Source: Vulcanimicrobiota bacterium
Lineage (GTDB): Bacteria > Vulcanimicrobiota > Vulcanimicrobiia > Vulcanimicrobiales > Vulcanimicrobiaceae
DNA length: 64,000 nucleotides
Assembly: GCA_963723515.1 (NCBI GenBank)
Contig: CAVRQT010000003.1
Span: forward strand, 288,001 to 352,000
Direction of reading: 5' to 3'
Part shown: positions 43,365-54,125 of the stretch, one piece after another
Layout of the letters: the number at the start of each line of letters is the position of its first letter
How positions within the stretch are numbered: the first letter of the stretch is position 1
Notes under the pieces: model-generated
What the model saw: only the letters and a program-made list of their open reading frames with translations
The model's database searches: none
What the model was told of the DNA's origin: nothing
Position numbers and translations under genes: made by a program

Positions 43365-45320
43365 CTAATCTTCCTTGGCCGCCTCGAGTTCGGCGCGCTC
43401 TTGCAATTCTTTAACGACGGCTGAATCGGCCAAGGTCGTCGTATCGCCGAGCATCCTGCCTTCGGCGATGTCGCGCAACAGCCGGCGCATGATTTTGCCG
43501 CTGCGCGTCTTGGGCAGTTCGTGCGTGAACGTCAAATATTTCGGTGTCGTGAATTTGCCGAGCCGCGTGCCGACGTGGGCTCGCAGTTCGTCAGCGAGTT
43601 CTTTGTTGCCGGCGGCGCCGCCACGCAAGCAAACGAACGCGCAGATCGCCTGTCCCGTCAGATCATCGAGCTTTCCAACGACTGCCGCTTCGGCGACTGT
43701 CGGATGTTCGACAAGCGAACTTTCGACTTCGGTCGTCGAGATGCGATGGCCGCTGATGTTCATGACGTCGTCGATACGCCCCATAAACCAATAATTGCCG
43801 TCCTGATCGCGGCGACAACCGTCGCCCGCGAGATACTTGTGCGGAAATCGCGACCAATAGGTTTGCTTGTACCGCTCGTCATCGCCCCAAATCCCGCGCA
43901 GCATCGAAGGCCACGGACGTGTTAAGACGAGATAGCCGCCGCCGCCCGGCGGAACGCTTTCCCCTTGATCGTTGACGACGTCCGCAAACGTGCCGGGAAG
44001 CGGCTTTGTCGCACTGCCGGGTAAGGTCGTCGTCGCTCCGGGCAGCGGACTAATCATGATGGAACCGGTTTCCGTTTGCCACCATGTGTCAACGACGGGA
44101 CAACGGCCGCCGCCGATGTGCTCGCGATACCACATCCAGGCTTCCGGATTGATCGGCTCACCGACGGAGCCGAGCAAACGCAGCGACGAAAGATCGTGCT
44201 TTGCCGGAAATTCGGCGCCCCATCGCATGAACGTGCGAATGGCGGTCGGCGCCGTATAGAGGATCGTAACCTTGTAGCGCTCGATGATCGACCAGAGCCG
44301 GTCGCGCTCCGGAAAATCCGGTGTTCCTTCGTAGATCACCGACGTCGCACCGTTGCAAAGCGGGCCGTAGACGATGTAGGAGTGCCCGGTCACCCAGCCG
44401 ATGTCCGCGGCACACCAATAGACATCCTCATCTTTCAGATCGAAGACGAGCCTGTGCGTCATGGCGACTTCCGTCAAATAGCCGCCGGTCGTGTGCTTGA
44501 TGCCCTTCGGTTTGGCCGTCGTGCCACTCGTATATAAGAGGTAGAGCAAGTCTTCGGCATTCATCGTCTCGGGCGAACACTCGGCCGGCTGATCCTTGAT
44601 GACATCGTCCCACCACAGGTCGCGGCCTGAACGCATCTCGATGCGATCGCCGACGCGCTTCGCGACGATGCAGTACTTGATGGAGGGCGTGCTCTGCATC
44701 GCGATATCGCAGTTGTCCTTGAGCGCAATCTTGTTGCCGCGTCGCCATCCTTGATCGGCCGTAATGAGGGCAACGCACTGCGAATCGTTCACCCGATCGA
44801 CGATCGAGTCGGGCGAAAAACCACCGAAGATCACCGAGTGCGGCGCGCCGATGCGCGCGCAAGCCAGCATTGCGACCGGCAATTCGGGGATCATCGGCAT
44901 GTAAATCGCGATACGGTCGCCTTTTCGAATCCCGAGTTTGCGCAATCCGTTCGCAAAGCGGCACACGTCTTCAAGCAGGTGACGGTAGGTGATCGTACGC
45001 CGGTCGCCGGGTTCGCCTTCGTAGTAGTAAGCGATGCGTTCGCCTTTGCCGGCGGCGACGTGCCTGTCCAGGCAGTTGGTCGATGCGTTCAGTTGGCCGT
45101 CCGCGAACCACTTCGCGAAGGGCTCATCCCATTCAAGAACTTTCGTGAACGGTTTGATCCACTCGAGCTTGCGCGCCCAAGCCGCCCAGAAGGCTTCGAT
45201 GTCCTGCTCCGCCTTTTCATAAATGTCGGGCTGCGCATTCGCGTGCGCGGCAAATTCGGTCGGCGGCGGAAAACGGCGCTGCTCGTCTGAGAGCGCCTCG
45301 ATCGCATCGAGCGTCTTCAT
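43365..45320 (-). CDS. acs: Acetyl-CoA synthetase
   Basis: YTSGTTAKPKG, DTWWQTETG, PKTRSGKIMRR. Confidence 0.95.
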   Translation of the reverse strand: MKTLDAIEALSDEQRRFPPPTEFAAHANAQPDIYEKAEQDIEAFWAAWARKLEWIKPFTKVLEWDEPFAKWFADGQLNASTNCLDRHVAAGKGERIAYYYEGEPGDRRTITYRHLLEDVCRFANGLRKLGIRKGDRIAIYMPMIPELPVAMLACARIGAPHSVIFGGFSPDSIVDRVNDSQCVALITADQGWRRGNKIALKDNCDIAMQSTPSIKYCIVAKRVGDRIEMRSGRDLWWDDVIKDQPAECSPETMNAEDLLYLLYTSGTTAKPKGIKHTTGGYLTEVAMTHRLVFDLKDEDVYWCAADIGWVTGHSYIVYGPLCNGATSVIYEGTPDFPERDRLWSIIERYKVTILYTAPTAIRTFMRWGAEFPAKHDLSSLRLLGSVGEPINPEAWMWYREHIGGGRCPVVDTWWQTETGSIMISPLPGATTTLPGSATKPLPGTFADVVNDQGESVPPGGGGYLVLTRPWPSMLRGIWGDDERYKQTYWSRFPHKYLAGDGCRRDQDGNYWFMGRIDDVMNISGHRISTTEVESSLVEHPTVAEAAVVGKLDDLTGQAICAFVCLRGGAAGNKELADELRAHVGTRLGKFTTPKYLTFTHELPKTRSGKIMRRLLRDIAEGRMLGDTTTLADSAVVKELQERAELEAAKED

Positions 45321-45374
45321 GACAAGCCGTTTTACCGGAGAATGCGCCAGCGTGCCTGCCGCAGAAAAATCCTA

Positions 45375-45893
45375 ATGATGCCGCCCCGTCCGCTCGCGAC
45401 CCTACTCCTCGTTTTGCTTGTAATTTCGCCCGCGCAAGCGCGTCGCCACGAACCATCAACGGGCCTTGTGGCGATTCGCTTCAATCAGCCGCCGCCTGAT
45501 TTTACGTTCAGCGATGCAAGCGGCGAGCCGCAACGGCTGTCATCCCTGCGCGGCAAGCCGGTGGTCATTAATTTTTGGACCTCGTGGTGTCACGCGTGCA
45601 TCGACGAGATGCCGGCGTTTCAACAACTGCAGAAGACGTACGGCGAACGCGTCGCCTTCATTACTCTCTCCAACGAACCCGCCGGCACGGCCAGCACCTA
45701 TCTCGCCAAGCACAACCTCCGGCTGCCCTTATTGGAAGATCCGGCTCGCTCGATCTTCAGCGCCTACTCGATAACCGTCTATCCGGTCACGATCGTCCTG
45801 GACGCCCTGGGACGAGTCTCCTACGTTTCCGTAGGGGAGCTCGATTGGGCTGAGCTCCGAGCAGCCGTCGACCGCGCCTTCGTCGCCGCTTAG
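45375..45893 (+). CDS. TlpA-family thiol-disulfide oxidoreductase
   Basis: Signal peptide; INFWTSWCHAC. Confidence 0.85.
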   Translation: MMPPRPLATLLLVLLVISPAQARRHEPSTGLVAIRFNQPPPDFTFSDASGEPQRLSSLRGKPVVINFWTSWCHACIDEMPAFQQLQKTYGERVAFITLSNEPAGTASTYLAKHNLRLPLLEDPARSIFSAYSITVYPVTIVLDALGRVSYVSVGELDWAELRAAVDRAFVAA

Positions 45894-45916
45894 CGCCTGC
45901 TTCGAACGTTCATTAT

Positions 45917-45943
45917 TTGGCAGTCTAAGGTGCTGACTGCTAA
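45917..45943 (+). promoter_or_regulatory. CIRCE element (HrcA operator)
   Basis: TTGGCAGTC-N9-GACTGCTAA versus consensus TTAGCACTC-N9-GAGTGCTAA, just upstream of hrcA. Confidence 0.9.
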
Positions 45944-45952
45944 GATGGACTC

Positions 45953-47002
45953 ATGAAAGAAGGCTCCGGCGAGCTCGATCCGCGCAAGGCCTACATCCTG
46001 GCGACGGTTGTCTACGAATACATCATGACGGCCGAGCCAGTTGGCTCGAACGCGCTGCTGCACAAATACCACCTCGGCGTCAGCTCGGCGACGATTCGCA
46101 ACGAGATGGCGGAATTGGAAGCAGCCGGTTACCTCGTTCAACCGCATACCTCGGCTGGTCGCATCCCATCGGATGCCGGTTACCGCACATACGTCGATCA
46201 GCTGATGGAGCCCGAGCAGCTCACGCCCGCGGAACGCCGACGGATTCGCGATGAGCTGCACCATGCCAGCCACGAGCTCAGCGAGATGATTGCCGGCACA
46301 TCGCGTTTGCTGAGCCGGTTTTCAAGAAATTTCGCCTTTATCGTTGCGCCGGCCGCGGAAGCGCAAGCGTTTCGGCACATTCAATTGATCTGGCTGACGC
46401 CGCTTTCCGGTGTCGCAATCGTCATGAGCTCGATGGGGACGGCCTCCCAGAGCACTTTCGAATTGAACCATGACGTGTCGGCAGACGATCTCACGCGCCT
46501 TTCAAATGCGTTGAACGCACGCTTGAGCGGAAAGCTGATGCGCGAAATCAAGGACAACGAGATCGGCGCAGTCATTGACGAACTCGGCCTGAGCAGCGAT
46601 ATTCGCGCCGCAATTGTCGGCGCATTGCGCGCCGCGCGCTCACAAGAAGCGCCGGCCATCAGCGCCGCGGGTGCGCAGAATCTTTTGGATCAGCCGGAGT
46701 TTCACGACTTGCAGAAGTTGCGCTCCGTCTTGCGCATCGTCGAGGAACAGAAGTCGCTGTACGATCTCGTCGCGGATTCGTTCAATCGCGAAGAGCCGAC
46801 CGTCAAGATCGGGCATGAGCTTGCGTCGGAAGACGTTGCTGAGTGCAGCATCGTGACGGTGCCCTACCATTTTGGCCGGCACGCCGTCGGGTTGCTTGCG
46901 ATTTTGGGCCCACGCCGCATGCCATACGGACGCCTGATGGCTCTTGCGTCGGGAACCGCGGCGACGCTCAGCCAGCAGCTTTCGGATGTTGAAATAAACT
47001 AA
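45953..47002 (+). CDS. hrcA: Heat-inducible transcription repressor
   Basis: EPVGS, SSATIRNEM, QPHTSAGRIPS, GPRRMPY. Confidence 0.95.
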   Translation: MKEGSGELDPRKAYILATVVYEYIMTAEPVGSNALLHKYHLGVSSATIRNEMAELEAAGYLVQPHTSAGRIPSDAGYRTYVDQLMEPEQLTPAERRRIRDELHHASHELSEMIAGTSRLLSRFSRNFAFIVAPAAEAQAFRHIQLIWLTPLSGVAIVMSSMGTASQSTFELNHDVSADDLTRLSNALNARLSGKLMREIKDNEIGAVIDELGLSSDIRAAIVGALRAARSQEAPAISAAGAQNLLDQPEFHDLQKLRSVLRIVEEQKSLYDLVADSFNREEPTVKIGHELASEDVAECSIVTVPYHFGRHAVGLLAILGPRRMPYGRLMALASGTAATLSQQLSDVEIN

Positions 47003-47005
47003 GCC

Positions 47006-48124
47006 GTGGCCACAGCGGATTTTTATGGCGTTCTCGGCGTCGATCGAAACGCCAGCGAAGAGGACATTAAGAAAGCGTACCGCGCGCTAGCGCGCAAGCA
47101 CCATCCGGACGTGCGCGACGATAAGAGCGCCGCCGAACAGCGTTTCAAGGAAATCAATGAAGCGTATGCCGTGCTTTCGGACCGCCGAAAGCGCGAGCAA
47201 TACGATCGTTTCGGCACCGTTCCGAGCGGCAACGGCGGTTTTGCGGATGCCGGCGGCTTCGCCGGCGGGTTTGGTGACATCTTCGATATGTTTTTCAACG
47301 AGCCGCGCGCGTCAACGATGCACAGCCGAAGCGGACCCGCACGCGGATCAGATCTGCGCTACGATCTGGAAGTTTCGCTCGAAGAAGCGTTTGGCGGGAC
47401 GACGCGCGACATCACGTTCGAACATCTGGCGCCGTGCAGCACATGTAAAGGAAGCGGCGCTGAGCCCGGTACTTTGATCGTGCGATGCGAGCATTGCAAC
47501 GGAACGGGTTCCGTGCGCCACGTTCGCCAAACCCCGTTCGGACATTTCGCGACGCAATCGACCTGTCAAACGTGCATGGGCGCAGGGGACAGGCCGCAAA
47601 CGCCATGCCATGCCTGTCACGGTCAAGGGCGCAAGGAAACGGCGCGCACGCTGAGCGTGCGCATTCCGGCGGGTGTCGACAACGGCAGCCGGATCCGCAT
47701 TGCCGGCAGCGGCGAGGCCGGCGAACGCGGCGGCTCGCAAGGTGATCTCTACGTCTATCTCAACATCCGGCCGCATCCGCAATTCCGCCGCGACGGTGCT
47801 GATACGTTTACGGACGTCGTCGCGTCGTTTCCGCAAGCCGCATTGGGCGCAGACATTCGCGTGCCGTCATTGGGCGGCGAGCTGCCGCTCACGTTGACCC
47901 CCGGGACGCAAAGCGGGACGAGTTATCGCCTGCGCGGCCACGGCATGCCGCATGTCCGCGGTTCTCATCGCGGCGACCACATCGTCACCGTGTACGTGGC
48001 GGTGCCGACCAAATTGACGCGACGCCAGCGCGAATTGCTCGAAGAATATGCGCGCGCCGGCGGCGATCACGTCGAGGAAAAATCGTTTTTCGATCGCGTC
48101 AAAGAGGCGTTTAGACCCGATTAA
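47006..48124 (+). CDS. dnaJ: Chaperone DnaJ
   Basis: HPD J-domain, G/F region, four CxxCxGxG repeats. Confidence 0.95.
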   Translation: MATADFYGVLGVDRNASEEDIKKAYRALARKHHPDVRDDKSAAEQRFKEINEAYAVLSDRRKREQYDRFGTVPSGNGGFADAGGFAGGFGDIFDMFFNEPRASTMHSRSGPARGSDLRYDLEVSLEEAFGGTTRDITFEHLAPCSTCKGSGAEPGTLIVRCEHCNGTGSVRHVRQTPFGHFATQSTCQTCMGAGDRPQTPCHACHGQGRKETARTLSVRIPAGVDNGSRIRIAGSGEAGERGGSQGDLYVYLNIRPHPQFRRDGADTFTDVVASFPQAALGADIRVPSLGGELPLTLTPGTQSGTSYRLRGHGMPHVRGSHRGDHIVTVYVAVPTKLTRRQRELLEEYARAGGDHVEEKSFFDRVKEAFRPD

Positions 48125-48846
48125 CGACCGCGTCTTCGTCGCGGGAACGCATGCGGTAGGAGCCCGCGTGAAAATTGAAGGCGGCGATGCACGAAAGCTC
48201 GTTACGGTGCTGCGCTGCCGTACCGGCGATCGCATTGAAGTGATCGATTCGGCCGCACGGCGGTTCGATGCAACGCTTGAGATCTCGCAACGCTCGGTCT
48301 TTGCGATGCTCTCAGAAGAAATCGCAGAAGGTGGAGAACCTTCGAGATGTTGCGGTCAGCGTCGCGCAAGCCGTTCCAAAAGGGCAGAAGATGGATTTCA
48401 TCGTCGAGAAGCTCACCGAGCTCGGCGTTCAGGAGCTCGTGCCCTTCTATTGCGAACGCACTATCGCACAACGTAGCTCGAGCGCACGTGAAGAACGCTG
48501 GCGGCGCCTTGCAGCCGCAGCTGCACGGCAATCGGGACGTTCAATGATTCCGCCCGTCGCGTCGCCCGAAAACTTCGACGGCACGCTCGCCCGATTTGCA
48601 AACTACGATCGCGTACTCTTCTTGTGGGAACTTGCGGAACGGCGTCCCTTACGCGACGTGCTGCCCGGACTGCTGAACGGCGCACGTTCAATACTCGTTG
48701 TCGTCGGTCCGGAGGGTGGCTTTTCGTTAGAGGAAGCCGCAATCGCGCACGAACGGGGAGCGCATTTGGTTTCGATCGGCACGCGGATCGTGCGTACCGA
48801 AACAGCGGCGCTCGTGATGCTGTCGGTTCTCAACTATCTCGCGTAA
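48120..48846 (+). CDS. rsmE: 16S rRNA m3U1498 methyltransferase; apparent frameshift, start uncertain
   Basis: [27 protein letters not shown]. Confidence 0.88.
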
Positions 48847-48887
48847 CCCGGAAGCCCAAGCGCTCGCGTCGTATAGCATGCGTTAAC

Positions 48888-49166
48888 GTGAAGAAACGGC
48901 TGGAAGAGCTTGAACCGGGAACTGCTGTCTTCATCGATGACGTAAAGGTCGGCGAAGTGCGCGCCGTCTATGCCGGCGGCGAAGGCAATTTGCCGGAGTA
49001 TCTGAACCTGTATTGCAATTCGCGGGGCGCGGAGCTTCTGGTTCCGGCAAACGAAGTGTTGGATTTGGAAGATCGTGGCGTCATCTTGTCCGGCCCGATG
49101 CAGTCATATCGCGACCTGATGGCCTTCGATGTTTCGTCACGTCCGGGCTTGAGGCGCATCCGCTAG
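48888..49166 (+). CDS. Small hypothetical protein (PRC-barrel-like)
   Basis: KVGEVRAVY..LLVPANEV pattern; fills the gap and abuts the next gene. Confidence 0.55.
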   Translation: MKKRLEELEPGTAVFIDDVKVGEVRAVYAGGEGNLPEYLNLYCNSRGAELLVPANEVLDLEDRGVILSGPMQSYRDLMAFDVSSRPGLRRIR

Positions 49167-49885
49167 TGGCGCTCAAATTTTCACTCGTCGTTCCAACGTA
49201 TAACGAAGCCGGGGGCATCGAAAGGCTGATCCGCGCGCTCGATGAGGTCTTTCGCCAAAATTCGCTCGACGGAGAGATCATCATCGTGGATGACAACTCT
49301 CCGGACGGTACCGGACAGATCGTCGACCGCCTCGCGGCGAGCTTTCCTGTCCGTTGCCTGCACCGGCCTGGAAAATTGGGACTCTCGAGCGGCGTGATCG
49401 ACGGCTGGAATTTTGCGCGCGCCGATTCCGTTGCGCTCGGCGCGATGGATGGGGATTTCAGTCACGACATCAACGTCTTGCCGGCAATGGTTGGGGCCCT
49501 GGAATCGGGCAAATACGGTTTGGCCATCGGAAGCCGCTACGTGCGCGGCGGAGGAATCACGAACTGGCCGTTGCGACGCAAGATTACGTCGCTGGTTGCG
49601 ATCGCCTTAGCCAAGCCGCTGACGCGCGTCCGCGATATCACGAGCGGCTACCTTCTCGTGCTGCGCTCGGCGATTGAAGGCGTCAAGCTCGATCCGATCG
49701 GCTTCAAGATCGGTTTAGAAGTTATCGCGAAGGGCCATTATGGACGCGCGATCGAGATCCCGTATGTCTTTACGGATCGCGTCGCCGGTGAATCAAAGTT
49801 GAACCAAAAAGAGATCGTCAACTATTTGCGGCAACTGCGTCGCATCTATTCGGCGCGGCTGTTGCCGAAAACGGACGGCTCATAA
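49166..49885 (+). CDS. Polyprenol-phosphate mannose synthase-like GT2
   Basis: VVPTYNE, VDDNSPDGT, MDGDFSHD, GSRY. Confidence 0.9.
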   Translation: MALKFSLVVPTYNEAGGIERLIRALDEVFRQNSLDGEIIIVDDNSPDGTGQIVDRLAASFPVRCLHRPGKLGLSSGVIDGWNFARADSVALGAMDGDFSHDINVLPAMVGALESGKYGLAIGSRYVRGGGITNWPLRRKITSLVAIALAKPLTRVRDITSGYLLVLRSAIEGVKLDPIGFKIGLEVIAKGHYGRAIEIPYVFTDRVAGESKLNQKEIVNYLRQLRRIYSARLLPKTDGS

Positions 49886-49886
49886 G

Positions 49887-50768
49887 ATGCCGATGCCTGA
49901 GTGGCTGCGGCGCAGGCGTAGCGCGCCGGAATCATCGGAAGAAGGCGCCCTGTGGACAAAGTGTCCGAAGTGCAGTGAGGTCCTCTACCGGCGCGACCTG
50001 GCAGGAAGTCTTTTCGTCTGCCCGCGCTGCCATTACCATTTTCGCTTAAACGCCTTCGACAGGATCTCGATGCTGATCGACGGCGATTTCGTCGAGATCG
50101 GAAATGAGTTGCTACCTCGTGACCCCTTGGGGTGGGTCGACAAGAAGAGCTACCCGCAAAAGTTGAACGCGGATCGCGAGAAGTCGCAATTGAGCGAAGG
50201 CATTGTTTGTGGTTTCGGGACGCTCGCCGGCTTTCCGATCGCGCTTGGCGTTATGGATTTCAATTTCCGCGGTGGAACGATGGGAACGGTTGTCGGTGAA
50301 CGCGTCACCGTACTCTTGGAGGCGGCGCGCGAGCGCAGCTTGCCATGCATCATTTTTTCGGCAAGCGGCGGCGCGCGAATGGAAGAGGGCATGCTGGCGC
50401 TGATGCAGATGGCGAAGACGACGGCCGCGGTCGCGAGACTTATGTCCGGCGGCAATTACTTTATCTCCGTTTTGACCGATCCAACGACCGGCGGCGTCGC
50501 CGCGTCGTTCGCGTTTCAAGCAGATGTGATTGTGGCGGAAGCTCGGGCGATGATCGGCTTTGCGGGGCGGCGTGTGATCGAACAAACGATCCGCCAGAAA
50601 CTCCCGGAGAATTTTCAAACCGCTGAATTCTTATTGGAAAAAGGCCACATCGACATGGTCGTCGAGCGCGCGCAGATGAAGCCGACGCTCACGAGGCTGC
50701 TCGACTATGGTCTCGGCGGCCGCAAGGAGCCCGTCGAAGCGAAGATTCCGGAGCTCGTCGTTCCATGA
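49887..50768 (+). CDS. accD: Acetyl-CoA carboxylase carboxyltransferase beta
   Basis: WTKCPKC..CPRC zinc finger, SGGARMEEG, PTTGGV. Confidence 0.95.
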   Translation: MPMPEWLRRRRSAPESSEEGALWTKCPKCSEVLYRRDLAGSLFVCPRCHYHFRLNAFDRISMLIDGDFVEIGNELLPRDPLGWVDKKSYPQKLNADREKSQLSEGIVCGFGTLAGFPIALGVMDFNFRGGTMGTVVGERVTVLLEAARERSLPCIIFSASGGARMEEGMLALMQMAKTTAAVARLMSGGNYFISVLTDPTTGGVAASFAFQADVIVAEARAMIGFAGRRVIEQTIRQKLPENFQTAEFLLEKGHIDMVVERAQMKPTLTRLLDYGLGGRKEPVEAKIPELVVP

Positions 50769-51742
50769 ACGTGATCGTCGAGCGCGAGAAAGGTTTGCTG
50801 GAGCTCGAGAAGCGGATCAACGCTCTGCGCGCCGTGAACGCCGATCAGCCACTCGATCTCTCAGCCGAAATTGCCGCTTTAGAAGAAAAATACGCGCAAC
50901 TTCAACGCGAGGTCTTCGGCTCGATGTCGCCATGGGAGAAGGTCAATATGTCACGGCATCCCAATCGCCCGGTTTCCAGCGATTTTATTTCCGAGCTCGA
51001 TGCGTTCGATGAGCTGCACGGCGATCGGCATTTCCGTGACGATCCGGCGATCATCGGTGGATTCGCGAAACTGGACGGTCGGCGCATCATCGTTATCGGG
51101 CAGCAACGCGGACGCGACACCAAAGAGAATCTGCGGCGGAACTTCGGCATGGTAACGCCGGAGGGTTACCGGAAGGTGAAGCGTTTGATCGATCTTGGCG
51201 CGCGACTGAGCCTGCCGGTCATTTCATTTGTCGATACGAAAGGTGCCGATCCCGGCATCGGATCGGAAGAGCGTTCACAATCCGAAGCGATCGCGCAATG
51301 CTTGTATTCCTTGACGATCGCACGCGTTCCGACGGTCGCTGCAATCATCGGAGAAGGCGGCAGTGGAGGCGCGCTCGCGCTGGCGCTTGCGGACCACGTG
51401 ATCATGTTGGAGAATAGTGTTTACTCGGTTGCTTCACCTGAAGGTTGCGCTGCGATTTTATGGGGCGATGCGGGGAAGGCGGAGGAAGCGGCGGAGCGCT
51501 TGAAGTTGACGAGTGAAGATTTGCGTGATTTCGGAATTATCGACGAAATTGTCCCCGAACCGTTGGGAGGCGCGCATCGCGAGCCGGCTGTCGTCATCGC
51601 CGCGACATTGAAAGCGATCAGGAGCGCGCTTGCAAGATTGTGCGCAAAATCGGTCGATCAGCTGATCGAAGACCGTTACCAAAAGTATCGTCGGATAGGC
51701 CGCTGGGAAACCGAGGCGCTCGAGATGGTGGCGGCGACATGA
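50765..51742 (+). CDS. accA: Acetyl-CoA carboxylase carboxyltransferase alpha
   Basis: LHGDR, PEGYRK, GEGGSGGAL. Confidence 0.95.
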   Translation: MNVIVEREKGLLELEKRINALRAVNADQPLDLSAEIAALEEKYAQLQREVFGSMSPWEKVNMSRHPNRPVSSDFISELDAFDELHGDRHFRDDPAIIGGFAKLDGRRIIVIGQQRGRDTKENLRRNFGMVTPEGYRKVKRLIDLGARLSLPVISFVDTKGADPGIGSEERSQSEAIAQCLYSLTIARVPTVAAIIGEGGSGGALALALADHVIMLENSVYSVASPEGCAAILWGDAGKAEEAAERLKLTSEDLRDFGIIDEIVPEPLGGAHREPAVVIAATLKAIRSALARLCAKSVDQLIEDRYQKYRRIGRWETEALEMVAAT

Positions 51743-52059
51743 CTAGCGCGGCTCGCAGCCGGGCGCGATTGAAACTCTTCACCCGCATCGGCACGATACT
51801 GATCTGCGTTACGGTATTTGCGCTCGTGATCGTTCAGTACGCGCATGTTATCGGACGGAACATCGGTATGGTCCGATCGCTTCACAGCGTTCAGAACGAC
51901 GTCAAAGTGTTGCAAGGGCGAAAGCGCTGGCAGAAACGTGAGATCATGCGCTTGAGCGATCCGGCCGGCTCGATTCCGGAAATTCACGAACGCCTGCATC
52001 TCGTGCGTCCGAACGAAACCATCATCTACTTGCGGAGCGCCAAGACGACTTCGCCGTGA
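51739..52059 (+). CDS. FtsB/DivIC-like septum formation initiator
   Basis: TM plus coiled coil, LHLVRPNETI; divIC-S1-ppx synteny. Confidence 0.75.
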   Translation: MTSAARSRARLKLFTRIGTILICVTVFALVIVQYAHVIGRNIGMVRSLHSVQNDVKVLQGRKRWQKREIMRLSDPAGSIPEIHERLHLVRPNETIIYLRSAKTTSP

Positions 52060-52454
52060 CGCAGCGCGTTCGCGGCACGGTCATCAACGTTCATAGCTTC
52101 GGAGCAACGGTCCGTTTGGAAAGCGGCGAAGTGGCTTGCGTGCCGATTGCCGACGTCAACGAGAACCGCGCCGCTTACACGAGAGCGCTGACGGCGCGAA
52201 CGAACTTGCCGTTTGATGCGCTCGCGGAGCCGCCCCGAGCGGTATTGCGGCTCGCGAAGACACGGATCGACGAGCCGATCGGCCCATCGGCAACGACACC
52301 GGTCTTACACGACGAGCGTTTTGAAGAACAGATCGCCGGCTTTCTGAAAGAGACGCAGGAGTGGGAACTCGAGGATGCTCCGCCGGCGCACGAACGACAC
52401 TTCTTAAGGAAGAAGCGCCGAGCCGCAACCTTTGAAAGCCGGCATAGCGCATGA
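52056..52454 (+). CDS. S1-like RNA-binding domain protein
   Basis: VRGTVINVHSFGATVRL; FEEQIAGFLKE tail. Confidence 0.65.
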   Translation: MTQRVRGTVINVHSFGATVRLESGEVACVPIADVNENRAAYTRALTARTNLPFDALAEPPRAVLRLAKTRIDEPIGPSATTPVLHDERFEEQIAGFLKETQEWELEDAPPAHERHFLRKKRRAATFESRHSA

Positions 52455-53410
52455 ACGATCGCAGTGCAGTGATCTCGATCGGCACGAATTCGACGCGGCT
52501 GCTCGTCGTTGATTTTGCGGCCAAGCGCTTCGGCGTTTTCGGCGATCCGGTAACGCGCGTTCTCAAGCAACGGTCCATCGGCACGCGGATTGGAGAGGGA
52601 CTCAAAGAGTCGGGCCATTTGAGCGAAGAGGCGATGAATCGCACGCTTGAGACCGTCCGGGGCTATTGCGACGCGCTCGACAGCCAGACGCCGGCAGTGC
52701 ATGTAATTGCGACAAGCGCGCTGCGCCGTGCCGACAATGCAAACGACTTCGTCCAACGGGTCCGCGAAATCACCCATACGGACGTTAATATCTTGGATGG
52801 AGACGAAGAGGCGAGGGCTTCATTCCGCGGCGCGGTCACGTCGTTTGACGATACGGAACAGCTGCGTGCCGGCGTCATTGACGTCGGGGGCGGCAGCACG
52901 GAATATGCCGTCGGCGATCACGAACATGCCGCGCATAGCGTCTCGTGTGAAGTCGGCGCCGTCCGATTGACGGAGTGGTTTCCGACCCTCGGCGGAAGCG
53001 GCGGCTTCGTTGATAATGCGTCGATCGACGCCGCGCGCGAGAAGGCGCGTGGATTATTGAATCCGATTTTAACTTTGCCGAAAGTTGAAGCGCTCGCGAT
53101 TGTCGGGGGCAGTGCGACGACGGCGCTCGCGGTCGTGCGTGGCCATCCGGTACGCTTTGGAGATACCGAATTGACACGCGACAAATTGCAGAACGCGTTC
53201 AATATGCTCTGCGAGCTGCCGCTCGCAAAGCGCCGCACCGTTCCGGGGATGAATCCGCAGCGCGCCGACATCTTGCCCGCCGGCATTCTTATCTTGGATA
53301 TGGCGATCGGCATGCTTGGGCATGAGCGCGCCACTGTCAGCTACAGCGATTTGCTCCTGGGCTACCTGTTGCTGCAGCGAGAGAAAACGGAGACGGCTCT
53401 CTCGGCGTAG
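52451..53410 (+). CDS. Ppx/GppA phosphatase family
   Basis: IGTNSTRLL, ATSALR, DVGGGSTE, RADIL. Confidence 0.9.
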   Translation: MNDRSAVISIGTNSTRLLVVDFAAKRFGVFGDPVTRVLKQRSIGTRIGEGLKESGHLSEEAMNRTLETVRGYCDALDSQTPAVHVIATSALRRADNANDFVQRVREITHTDVNILDGDEEARASFRGAVTSFDDTEQLRAGVIDVGGGSTEYAVGDHEHAAHSVSCEVGAVRLTEWFPTLGGSGGFVDNASIDAAREKARGLLNPILTLPKVEALAIVGGSATTALAVVRGHPVRFGDTELTRDKLQNAFNMLCELPLAKRRTVPGMNPQRADILPAGILILDMAIGMLGHERATVSYSDLLLGYLLLQREKTETALSA

Positions 53411-53414
53411 TTTG

Positions 53415-53670
53415 TGTCACGCTGCGCGTAGCCTGCCCTGAGCAGCGTCGAAGCGTCGAAGCATCGAAGCACAGCGATAATCGAGCTATTCAGTGTGCTC
53501 GTGTGTCACGCCAAGTTTGTTCGGTTCGCGATTCCTGTCACGCTGAGCTTGTCGAAGCGCCGCGATAATCGTAATTAGCGTCATTATTTCCGAGCATCTC
53601 AATCAGCACGATCACGGTGCTCGACAAGCTAGTCGACAGACAGCTCAGCGTGAGATTCGATAGCTCAGTA
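53415..53670. repeat. Second cluster of the same REP-like family, with no nuclease gene
   Basis: TGTCACGCTGAGCTTGTCGAAGCG at 53536; nested variant at 53415-53470; degenerate reverse copies about 53617-53670. Confidence 0.85.
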
Positions 53671-53679
53671 CAGCGAGCG

Positions 53680-54124
53680 CTAGCGTTTGTGTTTTTGTTC
53701 TGCTTCCTTAATCAAACGCAACGGGCGGTCAAGTTGAAAGACGAGCTCGTTCGCTAACTTCAAGTCGTCTGGATTGGAGCGATTTTCGCGCACGAGCGCT
53801 TTGGCGCGCTCCGCGGCCGCATCCGCCGTCGCCTTACCTCGGGCGATGTTGCCCGACTTCGGCGTCCGCGGCGCCGATGTAGGCATGGATTCCCGTGCTA
53901 AAGAGCACGAGCTTGAAGCGCAGCTCCTTATCCGTTTCAGCCGCAATGCAGCCCTCAAGTCGCTGGTCAAGTTGGGTAAGCCGTCCGAAGGAGTCCGAAG
54001 CATGCGCCGGCATCGCATCGCGCGCGCTCTTGAACTCGTTGATAAACGATTCGAGCTTGGAGCGGCTACAGCGCACTTCTGTCCCCGCTGCCGCTACTGC
54101 AAGAACGCCCGCCAAAAACAGCAT
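53680..54124 (-). CDS. Hypothetical exported protein; apparent frameshift
   Basis: Signal-like MLFLAGVLAVAAA abutting the ABC ATPase stop; helical C-terminus in another frame. Confidence 0.45.
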
Positions 54125-54125
54125 C

